Below, one piece after another: positions 14,577 to 27,480 of a stretch of DNA of 56,417 nt (position 1 is its first letter; each line of letters begins with the position of its first letter). Source of the DNA: Prorocentrum cordatum. Taxonomy: Eukaryota. The stretch covers positions 62,001 to 118,417 of the forward strand of contig CAUYUJ010000090.1 of NCBI GenBank assembly GCA_963575745.1, given 5' to 3'. The translations under genes were made by a program, and so were the position numbers. The notes beneath the pieces are model-generated. The model made no database searches and was not told the origin of the DNA. It saw only the letters and a list, made by a program, of their open reading frames with translations.

Positions 14577-15944
14577 TTATTCCTTTATGGTATCTGAATC
14601 TGGATATGACCCCACTGTGATGGCCCACCCCAGCAGCCCTCGAAAGTGGTGACAGTTTCGCAGATCGCGAACCCCCCAGGGATGGCGAGGTCGAATCTGG
14701 ATCTGCGTATGAGCGCACTCCGCTGGGCCCCCCAGCAGCCCTCGAAAGTGGCGGCAGTTTCGCAGATCACAGCCCCCCAGGGATGGCGAGGTCTAATCTG
14801 AATCTGCGTATGACCCCATTCCTCTGGCCCCCCCCCCAGCAGCCCTCGAAAGTGGCGACAGTTCGCAGATCGAGAGGTCGAATCCTGACACTCACTGCGT
14901 AGAACCGTCCCCACACCTCCGCTGTCCACCCCCCAGCACCTCGAAATGGTGACAGTTACGCAGACCGCGAGACCACAGGGATGGCGAGGTCTAATATGCA
15001 TCTGACGTATGACTGTGACCCACTCACGCTGGGCCCCCAGCAGCCATCGCAGATCGCAAGCCCCCCAGGGATGGCGAGTGTCTAATCTGAATCTGGCGTA
15101 TGACCCCACTAACCGTGGGCCCCCCAGCAGCCTCTAAAGTGGTGACAGTTTCGCAGATCGCCAGCCCCCCAGGGATCGGCGAGGTTAATATGCAATCTGC
15201 GTATGACCCCACTCCGCTGCACCCCCCCCTAGAGCCCTCGAAAGTGGGACAGTTATTCGCAGAATCGCAGCCCCCAGGGATGGCGAGGTTTAACCTGAAT
15301 CTGCGTATGACCCCACTCCGCTGCCCCCCCCCCGGCAGCCCTCGAAAGTGGTGACAGTTTCGCAGATCGCAGCCCCCCAGGGATGGCGAGGTCTAATCTG
15401 AATCTGCGTATGACCCCACTCTGCTGGGCTCCCCAGCAGCCCTCGAAAGTGGCGACAGTTTCCCAGATCGCAGCCCCCCAGGGATGGCGAGGTCTAATCT
15501 GGATCTGCGTATGACCCCACTCCACTGGGCCCCCCAGCAGCCCTCGAAAGTGGCGACAGTTTCACAGATCGCAGCCCCCCAGGGATGGCGAGGTCTAATC
15601 TGAATCTGCGTATGACCCCGATCCGCTGGGCCCCCCCCCAGCAGCCCTCGAAAGTGGTGACAGTTTCGCAGATCGCAGCCCCACAGGGATGGCGAGGTCT
15701 AGTCTGAATCTGCGTGTGACCCCACTCCGCTGGGCCCCCCAGCAGCCCTCGAAAGTGGTGACAGTTTCGCAGATCGCAGCCCCCAGAGATGGTGAGGTAG
15801 GAGACAAACTGGCACGCAGGAGCGAGCGAGGTAGGAAGCAGGGGGGAAGGGGAAAGGAGGAGGGGGCGGGAGAGGAGAGGAGAGGACAGGAGTCGCGACC
15901 GCGGCTGCTCTATTCAAAACGAGAACCCAACGCAGGTTGGGAAA
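14001..15944. mobile_element. Composite satellite-carrying element, copy 1 (~101-102-bp array ~14228-15798)
   Basis: Left end 'cgacgtacccaaccc', right end 'gctctattcaaaacgagaacccaacgcaggttgggaaa'. Unique leader sequence. Confidence 0.7.
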
Positions 15945-16062
15945 CATGAGCCCGACGCGACCCCAATTAGGGGAAAGCCTGGCGCATCGCTGGGGGCATC
16001 GCTTGGCATTGCTTGGCATTGCTTGGTGTTAATTGGCATTGCTTGGGGCAACGGGTGGCGAT

Positions 16063-16380
16063 GAACCCGAGGAGCCCAGTGAACCCGAGGAACCTGGAGA
16101 ACCCGAGGACCCTCCAGGAAACGGGCGAAGTAACAAAAGAAGTACCGGGGGCGGGGAACCCGAGGAACCCGGGGAACCCGAGGAACCTCCGGGAAACGGG
16201 CAAAGTACTATTAGGAGGCACCAACATGTAACTAAGGAAGAACCCCTTAGGCAAGCCTTGTTGGGGAAGAGTAGGCACCGGGGGGAGGGAACACGACGAA
16301 CCCGAGGAACCCGAGGAACCTCCCGGAAACGGGCAACGTAACAATAGGAGGCACCAGGGGCGGGGAACCCGCGGAGCCTC
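16063..16380 (+). repeat. 9-bp GAACCCGAG minisatellite in ~115-135-bp higher-order units
   Basis: gaacccgag runs each followed by '(c/a)ggaaacgggc', three times. Confidence 0.75.
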
Positions 16381-16402
16381 CAAGCGACGGGCAAAGTAAA
16401 AA

Positions 16403-18120
16403 ATTACCCTGTGACGTACCCAACCCATTTGTATCAATGGAAACGAGGAGTTGGCCGAAACTTGCATGGACAATCAACTTGATGTGTAAGCTACTTGGGA
16501 CACGCGCCTAGGGCATGATGCGCAGGAGCACCATTCAAGAACGAGGGGCGACAGCTACAGGCTTGAAGAGGACATGGGGAGTCGGGAACGCAGAGCAGGA
16601 GAAAAACGTGCGGGAAGCCGAACCATCAGCACGGCAGCAGCAGAGGGAAGGTGACTGCAGGAGGAGAACAAGGACAAAAGCGGCGTCTAATTTGAGTCTG
16701 CAGTGGGTACCCACTGTGCTGGGCCCCCCAGCAGCCCTCGAAAGTGGCGACAGTTTCACAGATCGCAGCCCCCCAGGGATGGCGAGGTCTAATTTGAGTC
16801 TGCGGTGGGTACCCACTGTGCTGAGCCCCCCAGCAGGCCTCGAAAGTGGCGACAGTTTCACAGATCGCAGCCCCCCAGGGATGGCGAGGTCTAAATTGAG
16901 TCTGCGGTGGGTACCCACTGTGCTGGGCCCCCCAGCAGCCCTCGAAAGTGGCGACAGTTTCACAGATCGCAGCCCCCCAGGGATGGCGAGGTCCCATTTG
17001 AGTCTGCGGTGAGTACCCACTGTGCTGGGCCCCTCAGCAGCTCTCGAAAGCGGCGACAGTTTCACAGATCGCAGCCCCCAGGGATGGCGAGGTCCCATTT
17101 GAGTCTGCGGTGAGTACCCACTGTGTTGGGCCCCTCAGCAGCCCTCGAAAGTGGCGACGGTTTCACAGATTCAGGCAGACCCCCAGGGAGGCGAGGTCTA
17201 ATTGAGTCCGCGGTGGGGATAACCACACTGTTCTGGGCCCCCAGCAGCCCTTTCCTCTGAAAATGGCGGACAGTTCACAGGATGTCGCACGCCCCAGGGA
17301 TGGCGAGGTCTAGTTTGAGTCTGCGGTGGTAGCCACTGTGCTGGGCCCCTTCAGCAGCCCTCAAAGTGGCGACAGTTTCACAGATCGCAGCCCCCCAGGG
17401 ATGGCGAGGTCTAGTTTGAATCTGCGGTGGGTACCCACTGTGCTGGGCCCCTCAGCAGCCCTCGAAAGTGGCGACCGTTTCACAGATCGCAGCCCCCCAG
17501 GGATGGCGAGGTCTAATTTGAGTCTGCGGTGGGTACCCACTGTGCTGGGCCCCTCAGCAGCCCTCGAAAGTGGCGACCGTTTCACAAATCGCAGCCCCCC
17601 AGGGGTGGCGAGGTCTAGTTTGAGTTTGCGGTGGGTACCCACTGTGCTGGGCCCCTCAGCAGCCCTCGAAAGTGGCGACAGTTTCACAGATCGCAGCCCC
17701 CCAGGGATGGCGAGGTCTAATTTGAGTCTGCGGTGGGTACCCACTGTGCTGGGCCCCTCAGCAGCCCTCGAAACTGGCGACAGTTTCACAGATCGCAGCC
17801 CCCCAGGGATGGCGAGGTCTAATTTGAATCTGCGGCGGGTACCCACTGTGATGGGCCCCTCAGCAGCCCTCGAAACTGGCGACAATTTCACAGATCGCAA
17901 CCCCCCAGGAATGGCGAGGTCTAATTTGAGTCTGCGGTGGGTACCCACTGTGCTGGGCCCCCCAGCAGCCCTCGAAAGTGGTGACAGCTTCACAGATCGC
18001 AGCCCCCCAGGGATGGCGAGGTCAAAGGCAGGGGGGGAAGAGAGGGACGGGAAGGAAGGAAGGAGACGCGCGAGCAGTGCTCTATTCAAAACGAGAACCC
18101 AACGCAGGAGGGTTGGGAAA
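16403..18120. mobile_element. Composite satellite-carrying element, copy 2 (about 13 units, 16686-18023)
   Basis: Left end 'attaccctgtgacgtacccaaccc' plus ~280-bp leader shared with copies 3 and 5. Right end '...aacccaacgcaggagggttgggaaa'. Confidence 0.8.
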
Positions 18121-18203
18121 TAACACAGGAGGCCCCAACCTTCGACCACTCCGGAACCCCTTCAGGCAAGCCTAGTTGGGGAGCGAGACACACAACAAAA
18201 AAA

Positions 18204-19305
18204 ATACCCTGTGACGTACCCAACCCATTTGCACCAATGGAAACGAGGAGTTGGCCGAAACTTGCTTGGACAATCAACTTGGTGTGTAAGCTACTTGGGA
18301 CACGCGCCTATGGCATGATGCGCAGGAGAACCATACAAGAACGAGGGGCGACAGCTACAGGCTCGAAGAGGACATGGGGAGTCGGGAACGCAGAGCAGGA
18401 GAAAAACGTGCGGGAAGCCGAACCATCAGAAAGGCAGCAGCAGAGGGAAGGTGACTGCAGGAGGAGAACAAGGACGAAAGCTGCGTCTAATTTGAGTCTG
18501 CGGTGGGTACCCACTGTGCTGTGCTCCTCAGCAGCCCTCGAAAGTGGCAGCAGTTTCACAGATCGCAGCCCCCCCAGGGAGGGCGAGGTCTAATCTGAAT
18601 CTGCGTGTGGCGTCACTGTGCTGGGCCCCCCAGCAGGCCTCGAAAGTGGCGACAGTTTCACAGATCGCAGCCCCGCAGGGATGGCGAGGTCTAATTTGAA
18701 TCTGCGGTGAGTACCCACTGTGCTGGGCCCCCCAGCAGGCCTCGAAAGTGGCGACAGTTTGACAGATCGCAGCCCCCCAGTGATGGTGAGGTCTAATTTG
18801 GGTCCGCGGTGGGTACCCACTGTGCTGGGCCCCCCAGCAGGCCTCGAAAGTGGCAACAGTTTCACAGATCGCAGCCCCCCAGCGATGGCGAGGTCTAATT
18901 TGAATCGGCGGTGAGTACCCACTGTGCTGGGCCCCCCAGCAGGCCTCCAAAGTGGCGACAGTTTCACAGATCGCAGCCCCCCAGGGATGGCAAGGTCTAA
19001 TTTGAGTCCGCGGTGGGTACCCACTGTGCTGGGCCCCCCAGCAGCCCTCGAAAGTGGCGACAGTTTCACAGATCGCAGCCCCCCAGGGATGGCGAGGTCT
19101 AATTTGAGTCCGCGGTGAGTACCCACTGTGCTGGGCCCCCCAGCAGGCTTCGACAGTGGCGACAGTTTCACAGATCGCAGCCCCCCAGGGATGGCGAGGT
19201 CAAAGGCAGGGGGGAAGAGAGGGACGGGAGGGGGCGGGAAGGAAGAAAGGAGACGCGCGAGCAGTGCTCTATTCAAAACGAGAACCCAACGCAGGAAGGC
19301 TGGGA
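18204..19305. mobile_element. Composite satellite-carrying element, copy 3 (about 7 units, 18485-19201)
   Basis: Leader and right end nearly identical to copy 2. Confidence 0.8.
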
Positions 19306-19327
19306 CAAAGCAAAAAACGAGAAAACA

Positions 19328-20802
19328 ATTACCCTGGCGACGTACCCAACCCCTGCGCAAAAGCGGGGCGCAAATAGTTTAGGATACTTTATAAGGGGGC
19401 GATGACGGAGCGAGGGTTACATATGTCTGCAGACGGAATTCGGGAGACTCGCAGGACACTGGCTACAGGAAAAGGGCTTGATAAAGCTGATGATTTACAA
19501 TTCCTGAGCACTCCTAGCCACTTCGAAAACGGGGATCACAGCAGGCCTCGAAAGTGGCGACAGGTTCACAGATCGCAGCCCCGCAGGGACGGCGAGGTCT
19601 CATTTGAATCTGCCCGTGGCCCTCACTGTGCTGGGCCCCCAGCAGGCCTCGAAAATGGCGGCAGTTTCGCAGATCGCAGCCCCCCAGGGATGGCGAGGTC
19701 TAATTTGAATCCGCGCGTGGCCCTCACTGTGCTGGGCCCCCCAGCAGGCCTCAAAAATGGCGACAGTTTCGCAGATCGCAGCCCCCCAGGGATGGCGAGG
19801 TCTAATTTGAATCCGCGCGTGGCCCTCACTGTGCTGGGCCCCCCAGCATGCCTCGAAAATGGCGACAGTTTCGCAGATCGCAGCCCCCCAGGGATGGCGA
19901 GGTCTAATTTGAATCCGCGCGTGGCCCTCACTGTGCTGGGCCCCCCAGCAGGCCGGCCTCGAAAATGGCGACTGTTTCGCAGATCGCAGCCCCCCAGGGA
20001 TGGCGAGGTCTAATTTGAATCCGCGCGTGGCCCTCACTGTGCTGGGCCCCCCAGCAGGCCTCGAAAATGGCGACAGTTTCGCAGATCGCAGCCCCCCAGG
20101 GATGGCGAGGTCTAATGTGAATCCGCGCGTGGCCCTCACTGTGCTGGGCCCCCCAGCAGGCCTCGAAAATGGCGACAGTTTCGCAGATCGCAGCCCCCCA
20201 GGGATGGCGAGGTCTAATTTGAATCAGCCCGTGGCCCTCACTGTGCTGGGGCCCCCAGCAGGCCTCGAAAATGGCGACAGTTTCGCAGATCGCAGCCCCC
20301 CAGGGATGGCGAGGTTTAATTTGGGTCCGCCCGTGGCCCTCACTGTGCTGGGCCCCCCAGCAGGCCTCAAAAGTGGCGACAGTTTCACAGATCGCAGCCC
20401 CCCAGGGACGAGGGCGAGTCTTATTTGGGTTTTCGCCCGTGGCCCTCACTGTGCTGGGCCCCCCAGCAGGCCTCGAAAATGGCGACAGTTCGCAGATCGC
20501 GGCCCCCCAGGGATGGCGAGGTCTAATTTGGGTCCGCCCGTGGCCCTCACTGTGCTGGGCCCCCCAGCAGGCCTCGAAAGTGGCGACAGTTTCACAGATC
20601 GCAGCCCCCCAGGGATGGCGAGGTCTAATTTGGGTCCGCCCGTGGCCCTCACTGTGCTGGGCCCCCCAGCAGGCCTCGAAATTGGCGACAGTTTCTCAGA
20701 TCGCAGCCCCCCGCGGGCAAGACAGGAAGAGGCGGGAGGCGGGAGAAGGGACGCGACCACACTGCTCTATTCAAAACGAATACCCAACCAAGGAGGGTTG
20801 GG

Positions 20803-20804
<2 letters not shown>
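19328..20804. mobile_element. Composite satellite-carrying element, copy 4 (about 11-12 units, 19540-20712)
   Basis: Left end 'attaccctggcgacgtacccaaccc' with a distinct leader. Right end 'gctctattcaaaacgaatacccaaccaaggagggttgggaa', followed by (TA)n. Confidence 0.75.
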
Positions 20805-20850
<46 letters not shown>

Positions 20851-20974
20851 AGTATTACCTAACAGCGAAGACTGATAGGTTTCTAGTGGTCTCAAAAGAA
20901 AGCATCATGACTCCCCAGGGGGGTCTGGGCAGATGCCGGACGGGTGCCGCGGGAAACCGGGGAGATTCGGGGAC

Positions 20975-21335
20975 TCCCCAGAACACAATTCCCAGGCCAC
21001 ATTTTGAACCAGAACACCACTCCCAGGCCACATTTTGAATGCCCGGAGCCAACTGTAGGCCACTTCGTGTTCTTCGTCTTCCCAGAACACCATTCCCAGG
21101 CCACATTTTGAATGCCCAGAGCCAACTGTAGGCAACTTCGTGTTTTTCGTGCTCCCAGAACACCATTCCCAAGACACATTCTGAATGCCCGGAGCCAACT
21201 GTAGGCCACTTCGTCTTCTTCGTGTTCCTAGAACACCATTCCTGTACCATATTTTGATTGCCCGGAGCCAACTGTGGGCCACTTCGTGATCTTCGTGTTC
21301 CCAGAACACAAGTCCTGTGACATGATTTCAATGCC
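20975..21335 (+). repeat. 73-bp tandem repeat, about 4.5 copies
   Basis: 'agaacac' at 21011, 21084, 21157, 21230 and 21303. Confidence 0.9.
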
Positions 21336-21344
21336 CGAAATGAA

Positions 21345-22382
21345 GCAGGCTGAGGCCGAGGCAGGCTGAGGCTGAGGCAGGCTGAGGCCGAGGCAGGCTG
21401 AGGCTGAGGCTCAGGCACGCCGAGGCAGGCTGAGGCTGAGGCTGAGGCAGGCTGAGGCTGAGGCAGGCTGAGGCTGAGGCTGACGCAGGCTGAGGCCGAG
21501 GCAGGCTGAGGCTGAGGCTGAGGCAGGCTGAGGCTGAGGCAGGCTGAGACTGAGGCTGAGAGGCAGGCTAGGCTGAGGTGAGGCTGATGCAGGCTGAGCA
21601 TGAGGCAGGCTGAGGCTGAGGCTGAGGCAGGCTGAGGCTGAGGCTGAGGCCGAGGACAGCTGAGGCTGAGGCTGAGGCAAGCTGCGGCTGAGGCAGGCTG
21701 AGGCTGAGGCTGATGCAGGCTGAGGCTGAGGCAGGCTGAGGCTGAGGCTGAGGCAGGCTGAGGCTGAGGCTGAGGCCGAGGCAGGCTGAGGCTAAGGCCG
21801 AGGCAAGCCGAGGCAGGCTGAGGCTGAGGCTGAAGCTGAGGCAGGCTGAGGCTGAGGCTGTGGCTGAGGCTGAGGCAAGCTGCGGCTGAGGCAGGCTGAG
21901 GCTGAGGCTGAGGCAGGCTGAGGCTGAGGCAGGCTGAGGCTGAGGCTGAGGCAGGCTGAGGCTGAGGCGAGGCTGAGGCTGAGGCCGAGGCAGGTCAGGC
22001 CGAGAGACAGGCTGAGGCTGAGACTGAGGCTGGGGCTGAGGATGAGGCCGAGGCAGGCCGAAGCTGAGACAAGGTGAGGCTGAATGGGGGGGGGGGAAAC
22101 GGGGGGGGGGAGGAGGGGAGGCTGAGGAAGGCTGAGGCTGAGGCAGGCTGAGGCTGAGGCTGAGGCAAGCCGAGGCAGGCTGAGGCTGAGGCTGAGGCAA
22201 GCCGAGGCAGGCTGAGGCTGAGGCTGAGGCTGAGGCTGAGGCTGAGGCAGGCTGAGGCTGAGGCAGGCTGAGGCTGAGGCTGACGCAGACTGAGGCCGAG
22301 GCAGGCTGAGGCTGAGGCTGAGGCAGGCTGAGGCTGAGGCGAGGCAGGCTGAGGCTGAGGCTGAAACTGAGGCAGGCTGAGG
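21345..22382 (+). repeat. (GGCTGA)n/(GGCA) microsatellite
   Basis: Direct reading. Confidence 0.95.
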
Positions 22383-22384
22383 CA

Positions 22385-22662
22385 TCCGTAGGGATCCATA
22401 CGGATCCTTAGGAATCCCTAGGAATCCTTAGGAATCCGAATCCTTAGGAATCCGTAGGCACAGTTAAGCATCCTCAGGAATCCTTATGAATCCTTAGAAT
22501 TCCCTAGGAATCCTTAGGAATCCCTAGGAATCCCTAGGAATCAGGATTCCTAAGGATTCCTGAGGATTCCTAAGGTTTCCGAATGATTCTCATGGATTCC
22601 TAAGGATGCCTAAGGATGCCTTTGGAATCCCTAGGAATCCTTAGGATTCCATTGGATCCTAA
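22385..22662. repeat. 10-bp GGAATCCYTA repeat with an internal inversion
   Basis: ggaatcctta units to ~22542, reverse-complement taaggattcc-like units ~22544-22620, then forward again. Confidence 0.85.
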
Positions 22663-23026
22663 GGCCGTTGCCACTGCGACTGTCATTGCGAATGCGACTG
22701 CGACTGCGAGAACAGCAGAATTCGACAACTGGATTCTCACCTGAATCTTAAGGGGAATGCTTCCAGATATGCTTATACACATCACTGCTAAGTTGCTTTG
22801 CCGGGATAATTATTTTGTATCTATAAGAAAAATGTGATGACTGGGGAGCGGGTGGGGGGGGCGCGAGGCGTGCCCTGTGGCTGCGGCCAGCCGCGGCCGC
22901 CCTCCCCGAGGCGCCGCGGTCCCCGCAGCAGCATCGGGCCAGCTCTGGCCGGCCCCCTCGGGGGCCGCGCGGCATCGACTCGGCAGCACGACGCCCGACC
23001 ATCGGACGCGGCTTGCCTTAGGTCGG

Positions 23027-23196
23027 TCACCACCCACCAAACCACCCCAACCCAACCCGAAGGCTCAGATTTACCCTCGATTTCCAGTGGGGGGCGGGGG
23101 TCGGGAAACATAGAGAAAACACATGCGGAACCCTTACCCCCCCCAACCCGAAATTCGGGTCTTCGGGTTGGGTTGGGGTGGTCTTGTAGGTAGTCA
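23027..23196. mobile_element. MITE-like element, 170 bp, 36-bp TIRs, 5-bp TSD GTCGG
   Basis: TIRs 23027-23062 and 23161-23196 match 31/36, with the inner 22 bp perfect. GTCGG at 23022-23026 and 23197-23201. Confidence 0.75.
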
Positions 23197-23977
23197 GTCG
23201 GGCGCCCCCCCCTACAGGCAGATGCTGGAGGAAGAATTGAGAATACCCGAGACAACGCTCAAAAATAGTCAAGAACCGTCGAAACGCCGTCCCCATGCTG
23301 TACTTTTACTATGTTTGAATACTCCTCCTGTAGGGGGACAGGCCCGACTTCAGGCTTGCCCCCCGCGCGCGCCAGCAGGCTTTCTCCGCCTCCCCCTCCT
23401 GAAGACGAAGCCAGGAGGAGGCTAAAATCGAGCGAGGATCAATGGAGCATCTCTGAGGTGCGGCGGCTCTGGACTATGCCACAGGCGCCGCGGCCTCCTC
23501 CAAGCGCTCTGGACGGCTCTGAGAGCGTTCCAGACAGCTCTGGAACGGATGTCTCCTCGTCTCGACTCGGCAGCACAACGCCTGACCATCTGATGCAGCT
23601 TGTCCCCCGCGCGCGCCGGCAGGTTTTCTTCGTCCCCCCTTCCTTCTCGTTCCCCTTTCCGCATGTCGGGCCACGCTGGTCTCCGCCGGCACCCACCCCC
23701 GCCAGGGCCACGCTTGCTGGGGTCCTGAGAGTTGTGGCTGGCGCACCCCAGGGAGCCGTGTGTATGCTGACCCCTGGGCGCCCAACGTCGACCGCCCGTG
23801 GCCGGAACCCCCAACAAGCACGAGCCTTGGCCGGCACTCCTCATTGTCCCCGTGCTTGCCATCAGCAGCCACACACGCAGCCCGAACGTGAATACTGAAA
23901 ACCAAATACTCCGTTTCGTCCCTGTCCCGCATGGTGGCCGACCTCTGTTCGATCGGACCCGGACCGGCCCACCTGAC

Positions 23978-24049
23978 CTTCTCCACTTCCAGAGTGCCGA
24001 TGTCAGACTCGAGCGTCTCGACCTCGATCTTCAGCTGGTCGAGTGACTC
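23978..24049 (-). CDS. Host coiled-coil gene, 3rd visible exon (ESLDQLKIEVETLESDIGTLEVEK)
   Basis: 72 nt, acceptor CAG|G (AG at 24051-24050), GT donor at 23977-23976, phase 0, clear heptads. Confidence 0.8.
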
Positions 24050-24244
24050 CTGCACTCTCGCATCGGGCTGCCGGGACGCCCAGCATAGCAACTGGCTACA
24101 GACGCGGGTGCACTGGAGCACTGGACACTGGCAGAGATATGATAGCGAAGAACCACACACACAAGTATGGACGCCATGTCACAAGACATCGACATGTTCG
24201 TGCTTACGCTGAGTCGCATATGTATATATATATATATATATATA

Positions 24245-25010
24245 AGCCCGGGCGGGGGGAAAACCCGTCACCCCCCCCCAAAACCGGACTCCCGGGACCC
24301 GGGGATTTGGGGCCCTCCGGACGGGCCTCGAAGCGGCCACCGGGCCTCGCAAGGCGTTTTGCAAAGCCTTCCCAGCACACTTAGGGCGATCAGGGGGGTC
24401 ATCGGAGACGTCCCAGAGACCCCCAAGACAGCACAAGAACGCTCCAAGAGTGACCGACGTGACCTCAAGATGGCCCAAGAGGCCTCCAGGACGGCCCCAA
24501 AGAGGCCTCCAAGAGCACTCCCAAGAAGGCCCCCCGAGGCAAAAATCATTGATTTTCTGAGGGTTTTTGGTGAATTTTGGGGTTCTCCTCTTTTCGGCTT
24601 CCCGACGCTCCAAGACGGCGGTCTTCTGGGCGTCCGAAGCCGCCTGGGAGGCTCCCGAATCGCCCCACAACCATCCGAAAGGGCTTCCAGGCAGTCCAAG
24701 AGAGCGCCAAAACGGCACAACATGGGTTCAAGATGGCCCTCAGAGAGCCCCATGGCGGCCCAAGATGGCCCAAAGACACCCTCCGAAGAATTCCAAATCG
24801 TGATTCGGTCGTTCAGGGAGACGGCGGTTGGAAGCAGGGTGGCCCGAGGAAGCCCCCGGAGGCCCCCAGAATACGCCCAGGAGGCCTCCAGAAGGCCTTA
24901 AGAAAGCCCGCAACAACTTTTGTGAGGCCCCTAGAGGCTCTCCAAGGAGGAGCCTCCGCAGAAAAGAGCTGAGGAGGACGGGGAGAATGCGTAGGGTATG
25001 GCGAAAATAA
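24245..25010 (+). repeat. CCAAGA/GGCCC-rich dispersed repeat
   Basis: ggcccaaga/ccccaaga units and the 'gaggcaaaaatcattgatttt' landmark resemble 53280-54830. Starts next to (TA)n. Confidence 0.7.
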
Positions 25011-25179
25011 GGAACAATAAGCATGGAGGAAGGATAACGAATGACATCATTATAGCGGCGATGCCGGAAAAGGCAACCAGGAGTTATCGCTGAATTGTCG
25101 GCTTGACTTTCCTACCACTCCGCCTGCATACCAAACTTCAAGGACCAAGGTGCATGGCGCGAAGCGCCACTGCAGTCTT

Positions 25180-25224
<45 letters not shown>

Positions 25225-25237
25225 ATATATATGTAAA

Positions 25238-25269
<32 letters not shown>

Positions 25270-26572
25270 GCGTATATGTTCATATACATAGATATGCTTT
25301 CTCACTTTCTCTCTCTCTATCTCTCTGGAGCGAGCGTCGGCCCTGCCCATCGCCAGGCAGCGAGCGACTGGTGGTCGGAGCGCTCCGCGGAGCGCCGGAC
25401 GCGCTGCGCTGGCGGGCGGAGGTTGGCTGACCCGCCTCCGAGCGGTGCGGAAGGCTAGCCAAGCCTTCCTCGCCCTGTGCGCAGCACAGAAAGAACTCCC
25501 GCTCTGTGTCGAAGGGTTGTTCCCTACCTAGGCTCTGCCTAGAAGGGTTCTTACTCGCTTGGCTTAAAGTGGCCGGGCAATGCAAACCGCCCCGGGCGGT
25601 TCCCCCTGTCCCCTGGGAGCCAAGCAAAGGAGGAGGAGGAGGAGGCGTTTACCGCTCCTACTAATGTTGCTTTCCTAGAGGCTCCAACTCCAAGGTAGGG
25701 TCGCACTGGGATAATTCTGGGGGTCGCGGAGAGTCTTTGGAGAGGCCCGCCGGCACCACAAGCTGAAACCAATCTCCGGAGGTCCAGAGGGCGAGCGGCG
25801 CCTGGCCAAAAATCTGCCCAGAATCCAAGTGAAGGGCCGCACTTTATTACACCGTCTCTGGGTGCATGGCTGAAGTGGACATCCGCGGCGCGGATTCAGT
25901 TTGCTGTTGAAGTCTCATTTCTGAAAAATAATTATTGTTGATCCCCCTCCCACCAGTGCATACTGTTTTTTCCCGATCAAAATGTGCCCCTCGACGCTCG
26001 CACCCTGTTTTTTGACAGAGAAAATATTCCTGCTCAAACTGGCCCCCTGGCCCCCGGGTTACAACAACAACGGCTCCCGCTTGAGACTTCCTTACAATTT
26101 AGCCAACACTCCCGCTCCCGCCCGAGAGTTCCTCGCATGTTATTCAGGAATCGCGCTCTCGCTTGGGACTTCCTTACTATTTATTCAGGAATCGCTCTCC
26201 CGGCGCTCTGGAATCGCGCTCTTACTGAAGAATGGCCTTGCGTTAGAATTTCCTGCAATTTGCCCAAGCGCCGCGCTCCCGACACCCAGGCGCCCAGGAG
26301 TCGCGTCCGTTATGGCCCCATGTGCATGCCCTGCGCGGCCCAGCTGTCGCCATTTGTGTCCCCATCACTGTCCTCCGTGGACCAGTTGCTACCCTCAGTG
26401 GCCCCATAGTTGCCTTCTGTGGCCCCGCATTATCTGCACTTCGTGGCCCCCGCTCGTTCGCGCTCTTCGTGACCCCATACGCATTCCCTTCGTGTCCCCG
26501 CTGTCGCCCTTCGTGGCCTACTTCGTGCCCTTCGTGGCCCTGCTGTCGTTCTCTCTCGCTCTCGCTTTCGCT

Positions 26573-26611
26573 CGTCGTCGCCGTCGTCGTCGTCGTCGCC
26601 GTCGTCTTCGA

Positions 26612-26701
<90 letters not shown>
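26573..26701. repeat. (CGT)n microsatellite
   Basis: Direct reading. Confidence 0.95.
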
Positions 26702-26984
26702 GGTCGGTCCCCTGTCCGTCCCTCTTGGGGTCGGGTCGACGGTCCGCGGCCGCCCCGCCGATCAGCGCTGCCGCTGGCCAGGCCGACAGTCCGCGGCCGC
26801 CCCGCCGCTTGCTGGGGCCCAGCCTGCAGGGAAGAAAGGTATACCCCCCAAAAAGGGTTCGATCGAAGACGAAGAGCGCGGGTATCGAGGGTTGGGGAAA
26901 TACGCGTTATTGGACACTCGAGCATATAAGGGCGAGCAGTCTTAAAATTATTATTGTTGTTGTTGCTGTTATTGCTGTCGTCGT

Positions 26985-27290
26985 CCCGCCCGAAACCCAC
27001 CCTGCGACCCACCCCGCGAACACCCGCGACCCACCAGCGACCCACCCGCGACCCAACCCGCCGACCCACACGCGACCCACACGCGACCCACCCCGCGACC
27101 CACCCGCGACCCAACCCGCCGACCCACACGCGACCCACCCGCAGCCCATCCCGCGACCCACCCACGACCAACCGACCCGCCCGCCATCCACCCGCGACCC
27201 ACCCGCGACCCATTCCGCGACCCACCTGCGACACATTCTGCGACCCACCCACCTGCGACACATTCTGCGACCCACCCCGCGACCATCCCC
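26985..27290 (+). repeat. CGCGACCCACC-type ~11-15-bp minisatellite
   Basis: Repeated cgacccac units. Confidence 0.85.
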
Positions 27291-27480
27291 GCGTCTCACC
27301 CAATCTGAGCCGCAAGACTTTCCCTGATAAGAAAGAGGGTGCGAGCCCCAGCTGGAGCACTTGAATCGAAAAAGCACAATGGACACTGGGGGCGGGGACC
27401 AACGATACTAATTATGCTTTAGACATGAGAATTCAACAACGGGGCACACAGCCCCCATTAACCTCTGAAACCAAAACCAA

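Noticed and set aside
14330..15260. Highly divergent satellite monomers and a poly-T run (similar patches at ~17160-17330 and ~28490-29060)
   Set aside because: Dense single-base indels look like unpolished long-read error; cannot be treated as biology without the reads.
23208..23337. 11-bp inverted repeat CCCCCTACAGG/CCTGTAGGGGG
   Set aside because: Short, partly homopolymeric and without a convincing TSD.
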